From: Methanobacteriota archaeon | GTDB lineage: Archaea; Thermoplasmatota; Thermoplasmata; RBG-16-68-12; JAJISG01 | Assembly (NCBI GenBank): GCA_030594205.1 | Contig: JAUVFR010000003.1 | Coordinates: 19,489 to 83,488, forward strand | Length of the DNA: 64,000 nt | Direction: 5' to 3' | Shown here: in pieces, positions 9,173-18,440 of the stretch | Position numbering within the stretch: position 1 is the stretch's first letter | Layout of the letters: each line of letters begins with the position of its first letter | Program-made: the position numbers and the translations under genes | The notes under the pieces: generated by a model | Seen by the model: the letters and a program-made list of their open reading frames with translations, nothing else | What the model was told of the DNA's origin: nothing | Database searches by the model: none

Positions 9173-9906
9173 AGGTGCGGGACTACCTTACCCTGAAGCT
9201 CAAGGAGGGAAAGCTCCACATGACCCTCCTCGACCCCGACAAGGCGGAGGATCAGAATCTCGGAGAGCTCGCTGCCATCGCGACGGACCTGGGGACGGAC
9301 GCCATCATGGTCGGCGGGTCCACCGGCGTCAGCCAGGCGGACCTGGACCGCCAGGTCGCAGAGGTCAAGACGAGCACCACCCTCCCCGTCATCCTCTTCC
9401 CTGCCAACGCGCGCACCATCAGCCCCCACGCGGACGCCATTTACTTCATGAGTCTCCTTAACTCCCGGAAGGTGCAACACGTCGTCCGGGAACAGCAACA
9501 GGCGGCGCAGTTGATCCGCGACATGGGCCTGGAGACCCTGGCCATGGGGTACGTCGTGGTGGAGCCCGGCATGAAGGTCGGAGAGGTGGGGCATGCGGAC
9601 CTCGTCCCGCGCGACGCGCCGGAGGAAGCGGTCAGATACGCCCTCACCGCCGAGTTCTTCGGGATGGACCTCTTCTACCTCGAGGCGGGCTCGGGCGCGC
9701 CCGCCCCCGTCCCTGCGAAGATGATTCAGGCGGTGAAGCGCGAGAGCCACCTGCCCCTCTTCGTGGGGGGAGGGATTCGAGGTTACGATGCGGCGCGGGA
9801 GGTGGCGGAAGCAGGAGCGGACGTAATCGTCACCGGCACCGTGGTGGAACGCCCGAACGGCAAAGTTTTCCTTAAGGACGTCATCAATGCGGTGAAGGGG
9901 TCGTAG
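9169..9906 (+). CDS. pcrB: geranylgeranylglyceryl phosphate synthase (PcrB/GGGPS family)
   Basis: KLHMTLLDPDK, DAIMVGGSTGV, ILFPAN, FYLEAGSGAP and LFVGGGIR are hallmarks of GGGPS TIM barrels. Confidence 0.85.
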   Translation: MKVRDYLTLKLKEGKLHMTLLDPDKAEDQNLGELAAIATDLGTDAIMVGGSTGVSQADLDRQVAEVKTSTTLPVILFPANARTISPHADAIYFMSLLNSRKVQHVVREQQQAAQLIRDMGLETLAMGYVVVEPGMKVGEVGHADLVPRDAPEEAVRYALTAEFFGMDLFYLEAGSGAPAPVPAKMIQAVKRESHLPLFVGGGIRGYDAAREVAEAGADVIVTGTVVERPNGKVFLKDVINAVKGS

Positions 9907-9959
9907 TCCACTTGCATCCCCGCACCGCCCAACAGGCCCAGCAGCAGGCCACCACCGCC

Positions 9960-11699
9960 ATGATGAGCCGGCTCTTTCGTGCGCCCCGCCCGGCCTGGCT
10001 CTTCTTGGCCATGCTGCTGGCCTCCCTCCTCACGGGCTACCTCGCCGGCCTGGCTCGCCTGACCCTGGAGGCCGGGCTCCTGGGCCTCGTCGCCTTCGCC
10101 CTTCCCGTCGCCCTGGCGGCCCTCTTGACGAAGCCCCTGGCCGAGGCGCTGGGGGGAAAGATGTACCTGCGACGTGCGGCCCTCTTGGGCTTGTTCGGGC
10201 TCGGACTGGTCCTCCTTGCCGCCCTGGCCGCCCTCCTCGTTCCGGGTGCGAGCATGGTTCGGTACTTGCTCGTGGGGTGGGCGAGCACCCTATGGCTGCG
10301 GCAGGCGGTGCTCATGTCGCTCTCCCACCGCAGCCCTGCCCGGTCCTTCCCGGCCGTCGTCATCCAGCCTCTCCTCGGCTTCGCGGTCCTTCCGCTCTTC
10401 TTCTCCTTGACTCTCGGGGACCTGCTTGTCGGCGTGTTGGCGAGCGCAGCCTTCTACGCGACCGGACTCGTCTTCACGCTCGCGGCCGTGATCCCCCTCG
10501 AGCGAGCGTCGGGAGTCGACGGGCTCAGCATGATGCGCTATTCCTTGGACCACATGACGGAGAAGGGGGGCGAGGGAACGGAGGAGATGGAGGCGTTCTT
10601 CGCGACGTTCGCCAACCGCGTCACCGTGCCGGCTGGTCTTTTGACCGTGGAACGCGAGGGCGCGGGGCCGGTTCTCATCGTGGTGGCCGGTCTGCACCCG
10701 GGACCCTATGGCCGGCTCGGCGGTAGCGACCTTCCCACCAAGCTCCGTGACTCCCTCGCGACGGAGGCAGACGTGATCGTCCCGCATGGGCCCTCGACCC
10801 ACGACCAGAACCCCGCCACCTCCAAGGAAGCGGCGAAGCTCGCGACGTGGGTCCAAGAAGCGCTCCCGCATGTCACCCTCCATGATAGGGCCTCTCGCTT
10901 CATTCGGGTCACACGTGGAGGCGTGAGCGTGGGATGCCAGATCTTCGACGATACAGCCCTCCTCCTCGCAACCCGGGCCCCGGAGCCCACCGACGACATC
11001 GACCTCGCAACGGGATTCGCCGCACTGGCCGCCGCCCGGGAAGCGGGTGTCCGGCGGGCCATGCTCGCCGACGCGCACAATTCCATTGCCCCCGGCAGCG
11101 GGGCCATGGTGTTCGGTGCCGAGGAGTCCTACGCGCTTTTGGAAGCAACGCGAGAGGCGGTACGGAAGGCGAAGGGTCAGGTGGGCAACGGCCTCCGGGT
11201 CGGGGTTGCATCCGAAACGAGTCTGGTGGATCCCGATCGAGGCCTCGGACCGGGAGGCATCCAGGCCTTGGTCACGGAGGTCGACGGCCAAAGGATGGCC
11301 TACCTCCTCTACGACGGCAACAACATGGTCCCCGACCTCCGGGAGACGCTCCTGGAGCGCATCGGGGACCTGGTGGACGAGGCGGAGGTCCTCACGACCG
11401 ACAATCACATCGTCAACAACACGCTGCCGGGCTACAACCCGGTGGGATGGCGCACAGACCATGAGGCCCTCGCCGCGGCATCGCGGACCGCGGTCGAGGA
11501 AGCTCTCGCGTCTCTGGCCCCGGCCGTGGTAGGCGGGCACACCGGCCTCTTGAAGGACGTCGCGGTCTGGGGACACCAGATGGCGGTGCGCCTGACGACC
11601 GCCATTAGCTCCAGCCTATCCACGATTCGAATCAATGCCGCCGTGACGTTCCTCCTGGCCGCGACCGTCTCGGTTCTGGGCCTCGTCCTCATTCCCTAG
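9960..11699 (+). CDS. DUF2070-like polytopic membrane protein
   Basis: About 580 aa, with 6-7 N-terminal TM helices, a large soluble domain and a terminal TM. Size and architecture recall archaeal DUF2070. The start is taken at MMSRLF; the ORF opens at TTG 9912. Confidence 0.5.
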   Translation: MMSRLFRAPRPAWLFLAMLLASLLTGYLAGLARLTLEAGLLGLVAFALPVALAALLTKPLAEALGGKMYLRRAALLGLFGLGLVLLAALAALLVPGASMVRYLLVGWASTLWLRQAVLMSLSHRSPARSFPAVVIQPLLGFAVLPLFFSLTLGDLLVGVLASAAFYATGLVFTLAAVIPLERASGVDGLSMMRYSLDHMTEKGGEGTEEMEAFFATFANRVTVPAGLLTVEREGAGPVLIVVAGLHPGPYGRLGGSDLPTKLRDSLATEADVIVPHGPSTHDQNPATSKEAAKLATWVQEALPHVTLHDRASRFIRVTRGGVSVGCQIFDDTALLLATRAPEPTDDIDLATGFAALAAAREAGVRRAMLADAHNSIAPGSGAMVFGAEESYALLEATREAVRKAKGQVGNGLRVGVASETSLVDPDRGLGPGGIQALVTEVDGQRMAYLLYDGNNMVPDLRETLLERIGDLVDEAEVLTTDNHIVNNTLPGYNPVGWRTDHEALAAASRTAVEEALASLAPAVVGGHTGLLKDVAVWGHQMAVRLTTAISSSLSTIRINAAVTFLLAATVSVLGLVLIP

Positions 11700-12283
11700 A
11701 CCAGGCCAAGGAAGTAGCGGTGGACCCCCGTACTCGGCGAGAGTTCGGGGTGGAATGTGAGGGCAACGAGATGATTCTGTCGGGCCATCACGATGGCCTC
11801 ATCCAGTCGGCCCAGGGGCCGGCAAGCCCCCCAGACTCTGCGGATGGCGGGGGCGCGGATGAACACCCCTTCGACCGTTCCGATCTCGTCCAGCTCCAGC
11901 GCAGCCTCGAACGATTCCTGCTGGCCCCCGTAGGCGTTCCGATCGACGGCCATGTCCATGAGCCCGAGGAGGCGGGTGTCCGTGGCCCGGACCTGGGCGT
12001 CCCCCTCCTTCGCGAGGAGGATACAGCCGGCGCAGGTTCCCATCAGGGGCATCCCCTCGCTCGCCCGTCGAAGAATCCCGTCGGCCAGGTCGAATTCGTG
12101 AAGCAACTTCGAGATGGTCGTGCTCTCCCCGCCGGGCACGATGAGGGCGTCGACCTCCTCCAAGGTCGCGGGACGGCGGACCGCGACCGCGTGGCCGCTG
12201 AGCCCGAGGTCTCGTAAGGCCTCTTCGACGGCACCGAGGTGTTCGCTGACGTCCCCCTGCACCGCGGTCACGCCAACCTTCAC
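11696..12283 (-). CDS. pdxT: pyridoxal 5'-phosphate synthase glutaminase subunit PdxT
   Basis: VGVTAVQGDVSEH, ALIVPGGESTTI, GTCAGCILLA (catalytic Cys) and TFHPEL are class I amidotransferase PdxT motifs. Confidence 0.9.
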   Translation of the reverse strand: MKVGVTAVQGDVSEHLGAVEEALRDLGLSGHAVAVRRPATLEEVDALIVPGGESTTISKLLHEFDLADGILRRASEGMPLMGTCAGCILLAKEGDAQVRATDTRLLGLMDMAVDRNAYGGQQESFEAALELDEIGTVEGVFIRAPAIRRVWGACRPLGRLDEAIVMARQNHLVALTFHPELSPSTGVHRYFLGLV

Positions 12284-12345
12284 TCCGTGACCATCATCGG
12301 CATCGTATAAGGGAACGCCGCAGGGCCTCGGCCAGAGGGCGGAGA

Positions 12346-12804
12346 TCAGGACTCCGTTCGGCGAGGCCGTCCACCCAGACGATCTCGCAGTACCCGGGCG
12401 AGGAGGGCCCGGGGATCCTCCCCCAGAACCCGAGAGGCTACCCCGTTGAGGACGAGCCGTTCCCCTCGTGCGGGCTCTAGGAGGGATTGCCGAAGGATGT
12501 CCCCCGAGGGCGTTTCGGGTAGCACGGCTTCCCCCTGCGTCGACCTCATGAGGGCATCCAGCCGACGCTCATCCAAAGCCACCACTTCGAAGGGGGTCTG
12601 CATGTAGAGGGGCCGTGGGCGAGCCGGGCCAAGAATGGAGATGAGAACCTTGTCATGGCGAGGCACGAGTTCTGTGTTTTGCGCGAGGGCCCGGGCGTTG
12701 ATTCCCACCTCTCCCTCCGAGAGTTCCTTCGATCGCCCCCCGAACGGGGCGACGTAGCGGTGTCGAAGGGTCTCAAAGGGAAAGGGGAGATCCCCACGAT
12801 GCAC
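12346..12804 (-). CDS. hypothetical protein
   Basis: This is the C-terminal part of ORF 12346..13029, with GC-rich third positions and the same orientation as pdxT, 62 nt upstream of it. I recognise no family. The GTG at 12804 is a guess. Confidence 0.3.
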   Translation of the reverse strand: MHRGDLPFPFETLRHRYVAPFGGRSKELSEGEVGINARALAQNTELVPRHDKVLISILGPARPRPLYMQTPFEVVALDERRLDALMRSTQGEAVLPETPSGDILRQSLLEPARGERLVLNGVASRVLGEDPRALLARVLRDRLGGRPRRTES

Positions 12805-12914
12805 GCCGAAACGACCGCCCGGCAATCCAGTCCACCTGCCTCCGTTCGGTTGCCTAGGCGCTATTTGAATCCTCGGAGGCCATTCTTCGCCCTGAGAACC
12901 AAGGGGGGCCAGCT

Positions 12915-13333
12915 CTACTCGTCCGGGGCGGCACCCGAGGGGGCGGGTGGCTGGTGTATCAGCCCGGGGATCGGGTCGGAAATCTCGAGGTTCTCCCCCG
13001 TGAGGAGCCGTTCGGCCCAGGGAATCCACGACTCAATCTCGCGAAGGGACTCTTCCAGTTCGACACCCCGATGTTCCGGACGGTAGGGCTCCAGCATCTG
13101 TCTGCCCCCCTGGAGGAGGTCCCACATTCACTGGCAGGTTCCCTTTTTGAAGTGAATGAAGGCAGCGGCGATCTTGACAGGCCCTGCAGGAAGGGCTTGT
13201 CCTCCCCTTCCTCCCCGAGCCAGACGTCCTCAAGGACCTCGTGGGTCCCGAAGAAGCGGCCCGCGTTGTAGAGGTCCACATTCTCGCGCAACGCCCGGTG
13301 GATGCGGGCCTCCCGCTCAGCCTCTGAATGCAT
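12915..13333 (-). pseudogene. DUF309 domain protein, disrupted (frameshift plus in-frame TGA)
   Basis: MHSEAEREARIHRALRENVDLYNAGRFFGTHEVLEDVWLGEEGEDKPFLQGL (ORF 12959..13429) continues as KIAAAFIHFKKGTCQ-TGA-MWDLLQGGRQMLEPY... in the frame of ORF 12915..13127. Confidence 0.6.
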
Positions 13334-13427
13334 CTGGGGCACGGCCAGAGAAAGCCGTGAGGTCCACTTAACCTCGCGCCTCGGGCCGAGCGGCAGCCTT
13401 AAGCGAGCCTGGAAACGTAGTACCACC

Positions 13428-14060
13428 ATGGTCGTGGAGGTCGAGGCAATCGGGGCCTACCTAGACGGGCTTCTGCCGGACAGGGATGCGGTGCTCACCC
13501 GGCTCGAAGCGGAGGCCCGCGAAGAGAACATTCCCATCGTGGGACCCAGGGTAGGCGGCATCTTGCAGATTCTGGCCTCCTTGGTCGGGGCGCGGCGTGT
13601 TCTCGAACTCGGGACGGCCGTAGGCTACTCCGCCATCTGGCTGGCCCGCGGCATGGTGGAGGGGGGAAAACTGACCACCGTGGAGGCTCGCGAGACGATG
13701 GCGGAACGGGCACGACGAAACGTGGCGGAGGCGGATCTGAGCGACGTCATCGAGGTCCGATTGGGCCAGGCCCTCGCGCTTCTGCCCGAGATGGACGGGG
13801 CCTTCGATCTCATCTTCAACGACATCGACAAGGAATCCTATCCTCAGGTCATACCCTGGGCGAAGAAGCTCCTGCGTCCGGGGGGGCTCCTCGTCACCGA
13901 CAACGTGCTCTGGAGCGGCCGCGTCGCGGACCCCGCCGACAGCGATCCCTGGACCGAGGCGATTCGGACGTACAACCGGACCCTGGCGGATGACGAGGAC
14001 ATGGAGACGGTCATCCTCCCTGTTCGAGATGGCGTCTCGATAAGTGTTAAGAGGAGCTAG
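13428..14060 (+). CDS. class I SAM-dependent O-methyltransferase (family 3, caffeoyl-CoA OMT-like)
   Basis: VLELGTAVGYSAIWLA (SAM motif I), FDLIFNDIDKESY, GGLLVTDNVLWSGRV. The start is the ATG at 13428. Confidence 0.85.
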   Translation: MVVEVEAIGAYLDGLLPDRDAVLTRLEAEAREENIPIVGPRVGGILQILASLVGARRVLELGTAVGYSAIWLARGMVEGGKLTTVEARETMAERARRNVAEADLSDVIEVRLGQALALLPEMDGAFDLIFNDIDKESYPQVIPWAKKLLRPGGLLVTDNVLWSGRVADPADSDPWTEAIRTYNRTLADDEDMETVILPVRDGVSISVKRS

Positions 14061-14097
14061 GGGCCTCTTAAGCCAGGTACGCGCCGGAGGGATCACG

Positions 14098-15576
14098 ATG
14101 GCGGAGGAGTACGGCATCTTCATCGGTGGGGAGTGGGTCGACGCCACGGGCGAGGGACAGATCGAGACTACGAATCCCGCGAACGGCGAGGTCCTGGCCT
14201 ACTTCCCCCAAGGGAGTCGGGAGGACGCGCGCCGGGCGATTGACGTGGCGAAGGAGGCCTTCCCCAAGTGGAAGGCGACGCCTCCCGCGAAGCGGGGAGA
14301 GATTCTCCTCCGGACCGCCCAGATTCTCCGGGAGAAGAAGGACGAACTGGGGAAACTCCTCACCCGGGAAACGGGGAAGATCATCGCCGAAGGCCGAGGC
14401 GAGGTCCAGGAGGCCATCGATTTCTTTGAGTACATCGCCGGAGAGGGTCGCCGCCTTTTGGGGGAGACTGTGGCCACCGAACTGCCCGACAAGTTTGCCA
14501 TGACCGTTCGCCTTCCGGTCGGGGTCGCGGGGCTCATCACGACATGGAATTTCCCCATCGCCGTTCCCTCGTGGAAGATTGGGGCGGCGCTCGTGAGCGG
14601 CTGCACACTTGTGTTCAAGCCGTCTTCGGGGACCCCCCTCATCGGGGCGGAGCTCGTGAAGGCACTCCACGAAGCGGGCCTCCCCGCGGGCGTGCTCAAC
14701 CTGGTCACCGGACCCGGCGAGGTGGTCGGGGATGAAATCGCCATGAACCACACCGTCCGAGCCATCTCCTTCACTGGAGGCGTGGACGCCGGCCGCGAGG
14801 TCTATGCCAAGGGCGCCTCCCGCCTCGCCAACGTCGGGTTGGAGCTGGGAGGCAAGAATCCGACGATCGTGATGGCCGACGCGGACCAGGACCTGGCCAT
14901 GGAGGGCCTCCTCTTCGCCGCCTTCGGCACGGCGGGCCAGCGGTGCACCGCATGCAGCCGCCTCATCCTCCATCGGAGCATCTACGATGAATTCTTGGAC
15001 GGGCTCGTCGAGGAGACGGAGAAACTCAAGGTCGGCGACCCTCTGGACCCCCACGTCGACATGGGGCCTGTCAAGGGCGCGGCCCAGGAGGAGAAGGTCC
15101 TCCGCTACGTGGAGATCGGGAAGGAGGAAGGCGCCAAGCTTCGCACGGGGGGCAAGAAGCTGACCGGCGGCGGGTTCGATCTTGGAACCTACGTCGCCCC
15201 GACGATCTTCGAGGGGAAGCCCGAGATGCGCATCGCCCGCGAGGAGATCTTCGGGCCGCTGCTGACGGTCCTCCAGGCGGGGAGCTACGATGAGGCGGTC
15301 CGTATCGCCAACGACACGGTCTACGGCCTCTCCTCGTCCATCTACACGCAGGACGTGAACCTGGCGTTCCGAGCCATGTACGACATCGAGGCCGGCATCA
15401 CCTACGTGAACGCGCCCACCATCGGCGCCGAAGTGCAGCTTCCGTTTGGCGGGGTGAAGAACACGGGGAGCGGCCACCGGGAGGCCGGGACCTCCGCCAT
15501 CGAGGAGTTCACGGAGATCAAGACCGTCTACGTCGATTACAGCGGGGAGTTGCAGAAGGCCCAAATCGAGGATTAG
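14098..15576 (+). CDS. aldehyde dehydrogenase family protein
   Basis: FIGGEWVDA, ITTWNFP, FTGGVDAG, ELGGKNP and GQRCTACSR (catalytic Cys) and EEIFGPLL. GGAGGG lies 6 nt before the ATG at 14098. Confidence 0.9.
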   Translation: MAEEYGIFIGGEWVDATGEGQIETTNPANGEVLAYFPQGSREDARRAIDVAKEAFPKWKATPPAKRGEILLRTAQILREKKDELGKLLTRETGKIIAEGRGEVQEAIDFFEYIAGEGRRLLGETVATELPDKFAMTVRLPVGVAGLITTWNFPIAVPSWKIGAALVSGCTLVFKPSSGTPLIGAELVKALHEAGLPAGVLNLVTGPGEVVGDEIAMNHTVRAISFTGGVDAGREVYAKGASRLANVGLELGGKNPTIVMADADQDLAMEGLLFAAFGTAGQRCTACSRLILHRSIYDEFLDGLVEETEKLKVGDPLDPHVDMGPVKGAAQEEKVLRYVEIGKEEGAKLRTGGKKLTGGGFDLGTYVAPTIFEGKPEMRIAREEIFGPLLTVLQAGSYDEAVRIANDTVYGLSSSIYTQDVNLAFRAMYDIEAGITYVNAPTIGAEVQLPFGGVKNTGSGHREAGTSAIEEFTEIKTVYVDYSGELQKAQIED

Positions 15577-15612
15577 CCCTAGGGTGTAACTCGCCTCAGT
15601 GACAGAACACTC

Positions 15613-15619
15613 TTTATAA
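15613..15619 (+). promoter_or_regulatory. TATA box candidate for tfb
   Basis: TTTATAA sits in the only AT-rich stretch upstream of tfb. GGTGAGGGG (Shine-Dalgarno-like) lies 4 nt before the ATG at 15694. Confidence 0.4.
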
Positions 15620-15693
15620 CCCCGTAATCCCTTATACTTATTGGGAAGAAAGTTACCGCCCCCAGAGAGAACTATGCAGGGGTGAGGGGATTC

Positions 15694-16698
15694 ATGGCAC
15701 AGACTTTGATTGAGGAGAAAGTAACCAATGCCGCGGACACCAAGTGTCCTGAGTGCGGCAGCCACGACTTGGTGAGAGACGACTATCGGGCCGAACTCGT
15801 CTGCAACGCATGCGGCCTTGTCATTGAGGAAGATCTTATCGACCAAGGTCCCGAGTGGCGGGACTTTGACGTTTACAAGAAGTACGGGAACAGCCGGGTT
15901 GGCGCTCCCGCCAACCCCATGATTCCGGACAAGGGACTCTCAACAGAGATTCCCCTCTCCGCCAAGGACGCCCACGGACGGTCCCTCTCTTCGCAGGCCC
16001 GGATGAAGTTCTACCGGATGCGCATGCTCCACAACCAGGTCCGCCAGTCGAAGCGGGGCGAGCGAAGCCTGGGTGAGGGTCTTCGGCAGGTGGATCGGTT
16101 CGTCTCCCTGATGCGATTGCCGCCCGCCATCCGCGCCGAGGCGGGCCTGGTGTATCGGAAGGCGGCCCAGAAGGGCATCGTGCGGGGCCGGAGCATCGCC
16201 GTGATCGCCGCGGCCTCCATCTACGTCGCTTGCCGGATGGACGGCTTCCCCCGGACCCTGCGAGAAATCGTCGACGAACTGAAGGTGGACCGGAAGAAGC
16301 TCTCCCGAACCTACACGATTCTCAACCGCCAGCTCAGACTCAAGATCCCCATCCCCCGGCCCGAGGACTACCTGCCCCGGATTGCGGAGGCCCTCGAGCT
16401 CGAACCCTCGACGAGGGCCATGGCCGGGGACATGATTCGGGATCTGTCGGCGGAGCCCCGCTTCGCCTCGATGCTCCCCACGGGGACGGTGGCCGGGGCC
16501 GTGTACATCGCGTCGATCCTCAACAGCGATCGCCGATCCCAGGATGAGATTTCCAAGACCGCGGGGGTCTCGGAGGTCACCCTCCGGAATCGGGCGCGCC
16601 AGATTGCCGATGCCCTGGAAATCGATCCCTTTCCCCCAGAGGGACGCGCCCTGGTGGGGTGGAAGAGTAACCGGACCCCCCTACAGGACGACACCTAG
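15694..16698 (+). CDS. tfb: transcription initiation factor IIB (TFB)
   Basis: Zn ribbon CPECGSHDLVRDDYRAELVCNACG, B-finger/linker (GPEWRDF) and two cyclin-fold repeats. Confidence 0.92.
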   Translation: MAQTLIEEKVTNAADTKCPECGSHDLVRDDYRAELVCNACGLVIEEDLIDQGPEWRDFDVYKKYGNSRVGAPANPMIPDKGLSTEIPLSAKDAHGRSLSSQARMKFYRMRMLHNQVRQSKRGERSLGEGLRQVDRFVSLMRLPPAIRAEAGLVYRKAAQKGIVRGRSIAVIAAASIYVACRMDGFPRTLREIVDELKVDRKKLSRTYTILNRQLRLKIPIPRPEDYLPRIAEALELEPSTRAMAGDMIRDLSAEPRFASMLPTGTVAGAVYIASILNSDRRSQDEISKTAGVSEVTLRNRARQIADALEIDPFPPEGRALVGWKSNRTPLQDDT

Positions 16699-17897
16699 GC
16701 CGACGGGATGACATCGAAGACGATTCGGCAGTGATTGCTGCCGGGGCCAAAGGTCTGGCTCTCCGCCACCTCGACCGTCCCGAGCCGGGACTCCAGGATG
16801 GCCCGAAGCGCTTCCTCCACGAAGCTGCACACCGTACGTCCGACGCTGAGCATGTTTCCGGCGTCGACGAAGTTCTCCACTTCGATGGTGAGGGGGTCTT
16901 TGGCGATGAGTTCGATGCGGCCGAGGCCGTGTTTCCTCCAGTAGGTAGCCACCTCGTCCATGAGGGCTCCTAGGCTCGAAGCCTGGAACCCTCGAGCGAG
17001 TTCCTCGCCGATGCGGTACCCCATGGCTTGGAAGGCGGGACGACCTCGATGCCCCAGGAGTTGGACGTATTGGCGCGCCAGCTCCACGACGGGCTCCGTC
17101 ACGTCTACGGTCCCGGGTTCGGTTCCCCCGCTCCAGATTTTCTCGGCGATGGTCTCCAAGGCCCGGGCAATGCCCTCGTCGTCCGTCCAGATGGCGATGT
17201 CCTCCCCCCGGTAGAAGTTGTCATCGTCGGGGATGGGATGGTTCAAGAGGACGACCCGCCGGTCAAAGACGTACCAGTAGATGGGGAGGTGCTCCGTGAT
17301 GCCCTTGATCTTCGCGAAACGGGAAATCGTGTCCACCTGCTCTTTGTTCTGCGGGGTGATCGGAAAGGCGTACCGGACCTGCAGGCCCTCCTTGATCTTC
17401 TGTTCGAGGGTGAAGATGGCCGACTTGACGATGCGAAAGGGGCTGTTGGGTGTGCCCACCCCGATGATGGATTTCTCGGCCTCGTCGTACATCTTCATGA
17501 GGCGCTCGTGGGCGTTGCGCCTACCGTAGATTGCCTCAAAGCGACCCCGCTCCTCCGCGGCGACCTCGCCCCGGATGGCGAACTCCCGGGACAGGTCTTC
17601 GATGCTGCCCTCGATCCCACGAGCCTGCTCCCGCAGGTCCCGCGAGGAGGCTTGAAGGTAGGCCTGGATCGGCACGGGTCGATACCGGAGCGGGGTTTCC
17701 GGGATGATCTCGACGAGCCCCTTGTCGTGAAGCTGGTTCATCGTGGCGTAGACGCGGGTGCGAGGAACCCCCGCGATGGCTGGAATCCGGCTGGCCTTCG
17801 AGGCACCCAGACCGAGGAGGGCCAGGTACACCCGAGCCTGGTACTCGGTGAGACCCAGGTCAACGAGAGTCTTGAGTCGCTCGGGCCGTCCGCTCAT
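16695..17897 (-). CDS. TrmB family transcriptional regulator with C-terminal V4R-like domain
   Basis: N-terminal LGLTEYQARVYLALLGLGASKASRIPAIAGVPRTRVYATMNQLHDKGLV (TrmB wHTH). The C-terminal ~130 aa have conserved Cys (VCSFVEEAL, NHCRIVF) typical of V4R domains. Confidence 0.8.
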   Translation of the reverse strand: MSGRPERLKTLVDLGLTEYQARVYLALLGLGASKASRIPAIAGVPRTRVYATMNQLHDKGLVEIIPETPLRYRPVPIQAYLQASSRDLREQARGIEGSIEDLSREFAIRGEVAAEERGRFEAIYGRRNAHERLMKMYDEAEKSIIGVGTPNSPFRIVKSAIFTLEQKIKEGLQVRYAFPITPQNKEQVDTISRFAKIKGITEHLPIYWYVFDRRVVLLNHPIPDDDNFYRGEDIAIWTDDEGIARALETIAEKIWSGGTEPGTVDVTEPVVELARQYVQLLGHRGRPAFQAMGYRIGEELARGFQASSLGALMDEVATYWRKHGLGRIELIAKDPLTIEVENFVDAGNMLSVGRTVCSFVEEALRAILESRLGTVEVAESQTFGPGSNHCRIVFDVIPSA

Positions 17898-18375
17898 GAC
17901 GCCCAACCATGGATTGGAAAGCGAAAAAACGTTACGCCGCCCTCAGGGAATAGCCAGCTCGTGGGCGGACACTTCTGGAAGTCGATGAAGGAAGGTGCCC
18001 CAGTCGTCGGGGGCTCTGCTCGCTCTCCGTGGCGCAAGGGCGACAACGCCCGTGGATCGGTCTTCACGGCCGATGGCTTCGCGCCCTGGAACGGGGGGCC
18101 TTTCGGGCGAGAATCCCGGTTCCAATGTCCGGCCAGCAGCCCCGCAGCCCACAAGGCAGGGAAGGCCCCCCTGATGAACGGATCAAGGGGCGGTGGTCCC
18201 ATCTGATCCAGCGAATTATCGAGGCTTCGATCAACCGATTCACTTCTGCCCTGGTCTGCTCGCCGCCGTGACAGCGCCTCTCGCGCTTGGCCATGGAGGC
18301 GACCAGATGATGCGCAGTGTTCCATTTGACCATCACCGCTTGGCGAGACGGGATGAACGATACCCCAACCCAACC

Positions 18376-18382
18376 TTTTATA
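18376..18382 (+). promoter_or_regulatory. TATA box candidate for the nuoB-like gene
   Basis: TTTTATA lies about 60 nt upstream of the ATG at 18441, at the end of a 534-bp ORF-free gap. Confidence 0.35.
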
Positions 18383-18440
18383 CGCCCCATACTTGTGCTC
18401 AATCGGGACCTGGCCAGGGTCCTCCGTTGGGTGACGGGCG

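Noticed and set aside
11696-12283. pdxT lacking an adjacent pdxS, as a sign of a non-canonical PLP synthase.
   Set aside because: pdxS may simply lie elsewhere in the genome, and this cannot be evaluated from a single window.
13126-13134. The in-frame TGA in the DUF309 gene as a recoded codon (selenocysteine, or a TGA sense code).
   Set aside because: TGA clearly acts as the stop for many genes in the window, for example at 20306, 35768, 37281 and 38897. I see no SECIS-like context. The same gene also needs a frameshift, so a pseudogene or sequencing error is the simpler reading.
14068-15846. 592-aa minus-strand ORF antisense to the aldehyde dehydrogenase gene. There are similar long antisense ORFs at 25310..27184 (624 aa), 25882..28593 (903 aa), 10290..11576 (428 aa), 17028..18206 and 62447..63304.
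   Set aside because: Their translations are Arg/Pro/Gly/His-rich and lack any recognisable motif. They exactly shadow genes with strong family signatures on the other strand. Stop-poor antisense frames are expected in GC-rich DNA.
17907-18440. RNase P RNA or SRP (7S) RNA in the large non-coding gap.
   Set aside because: I could not find the conserved GGAAAGUCC / ACAGAA-type RNase P blocks or an SRP helix-8 GGAA/AGCA motif on either strand. The gap remains unexplained rather than assigned.
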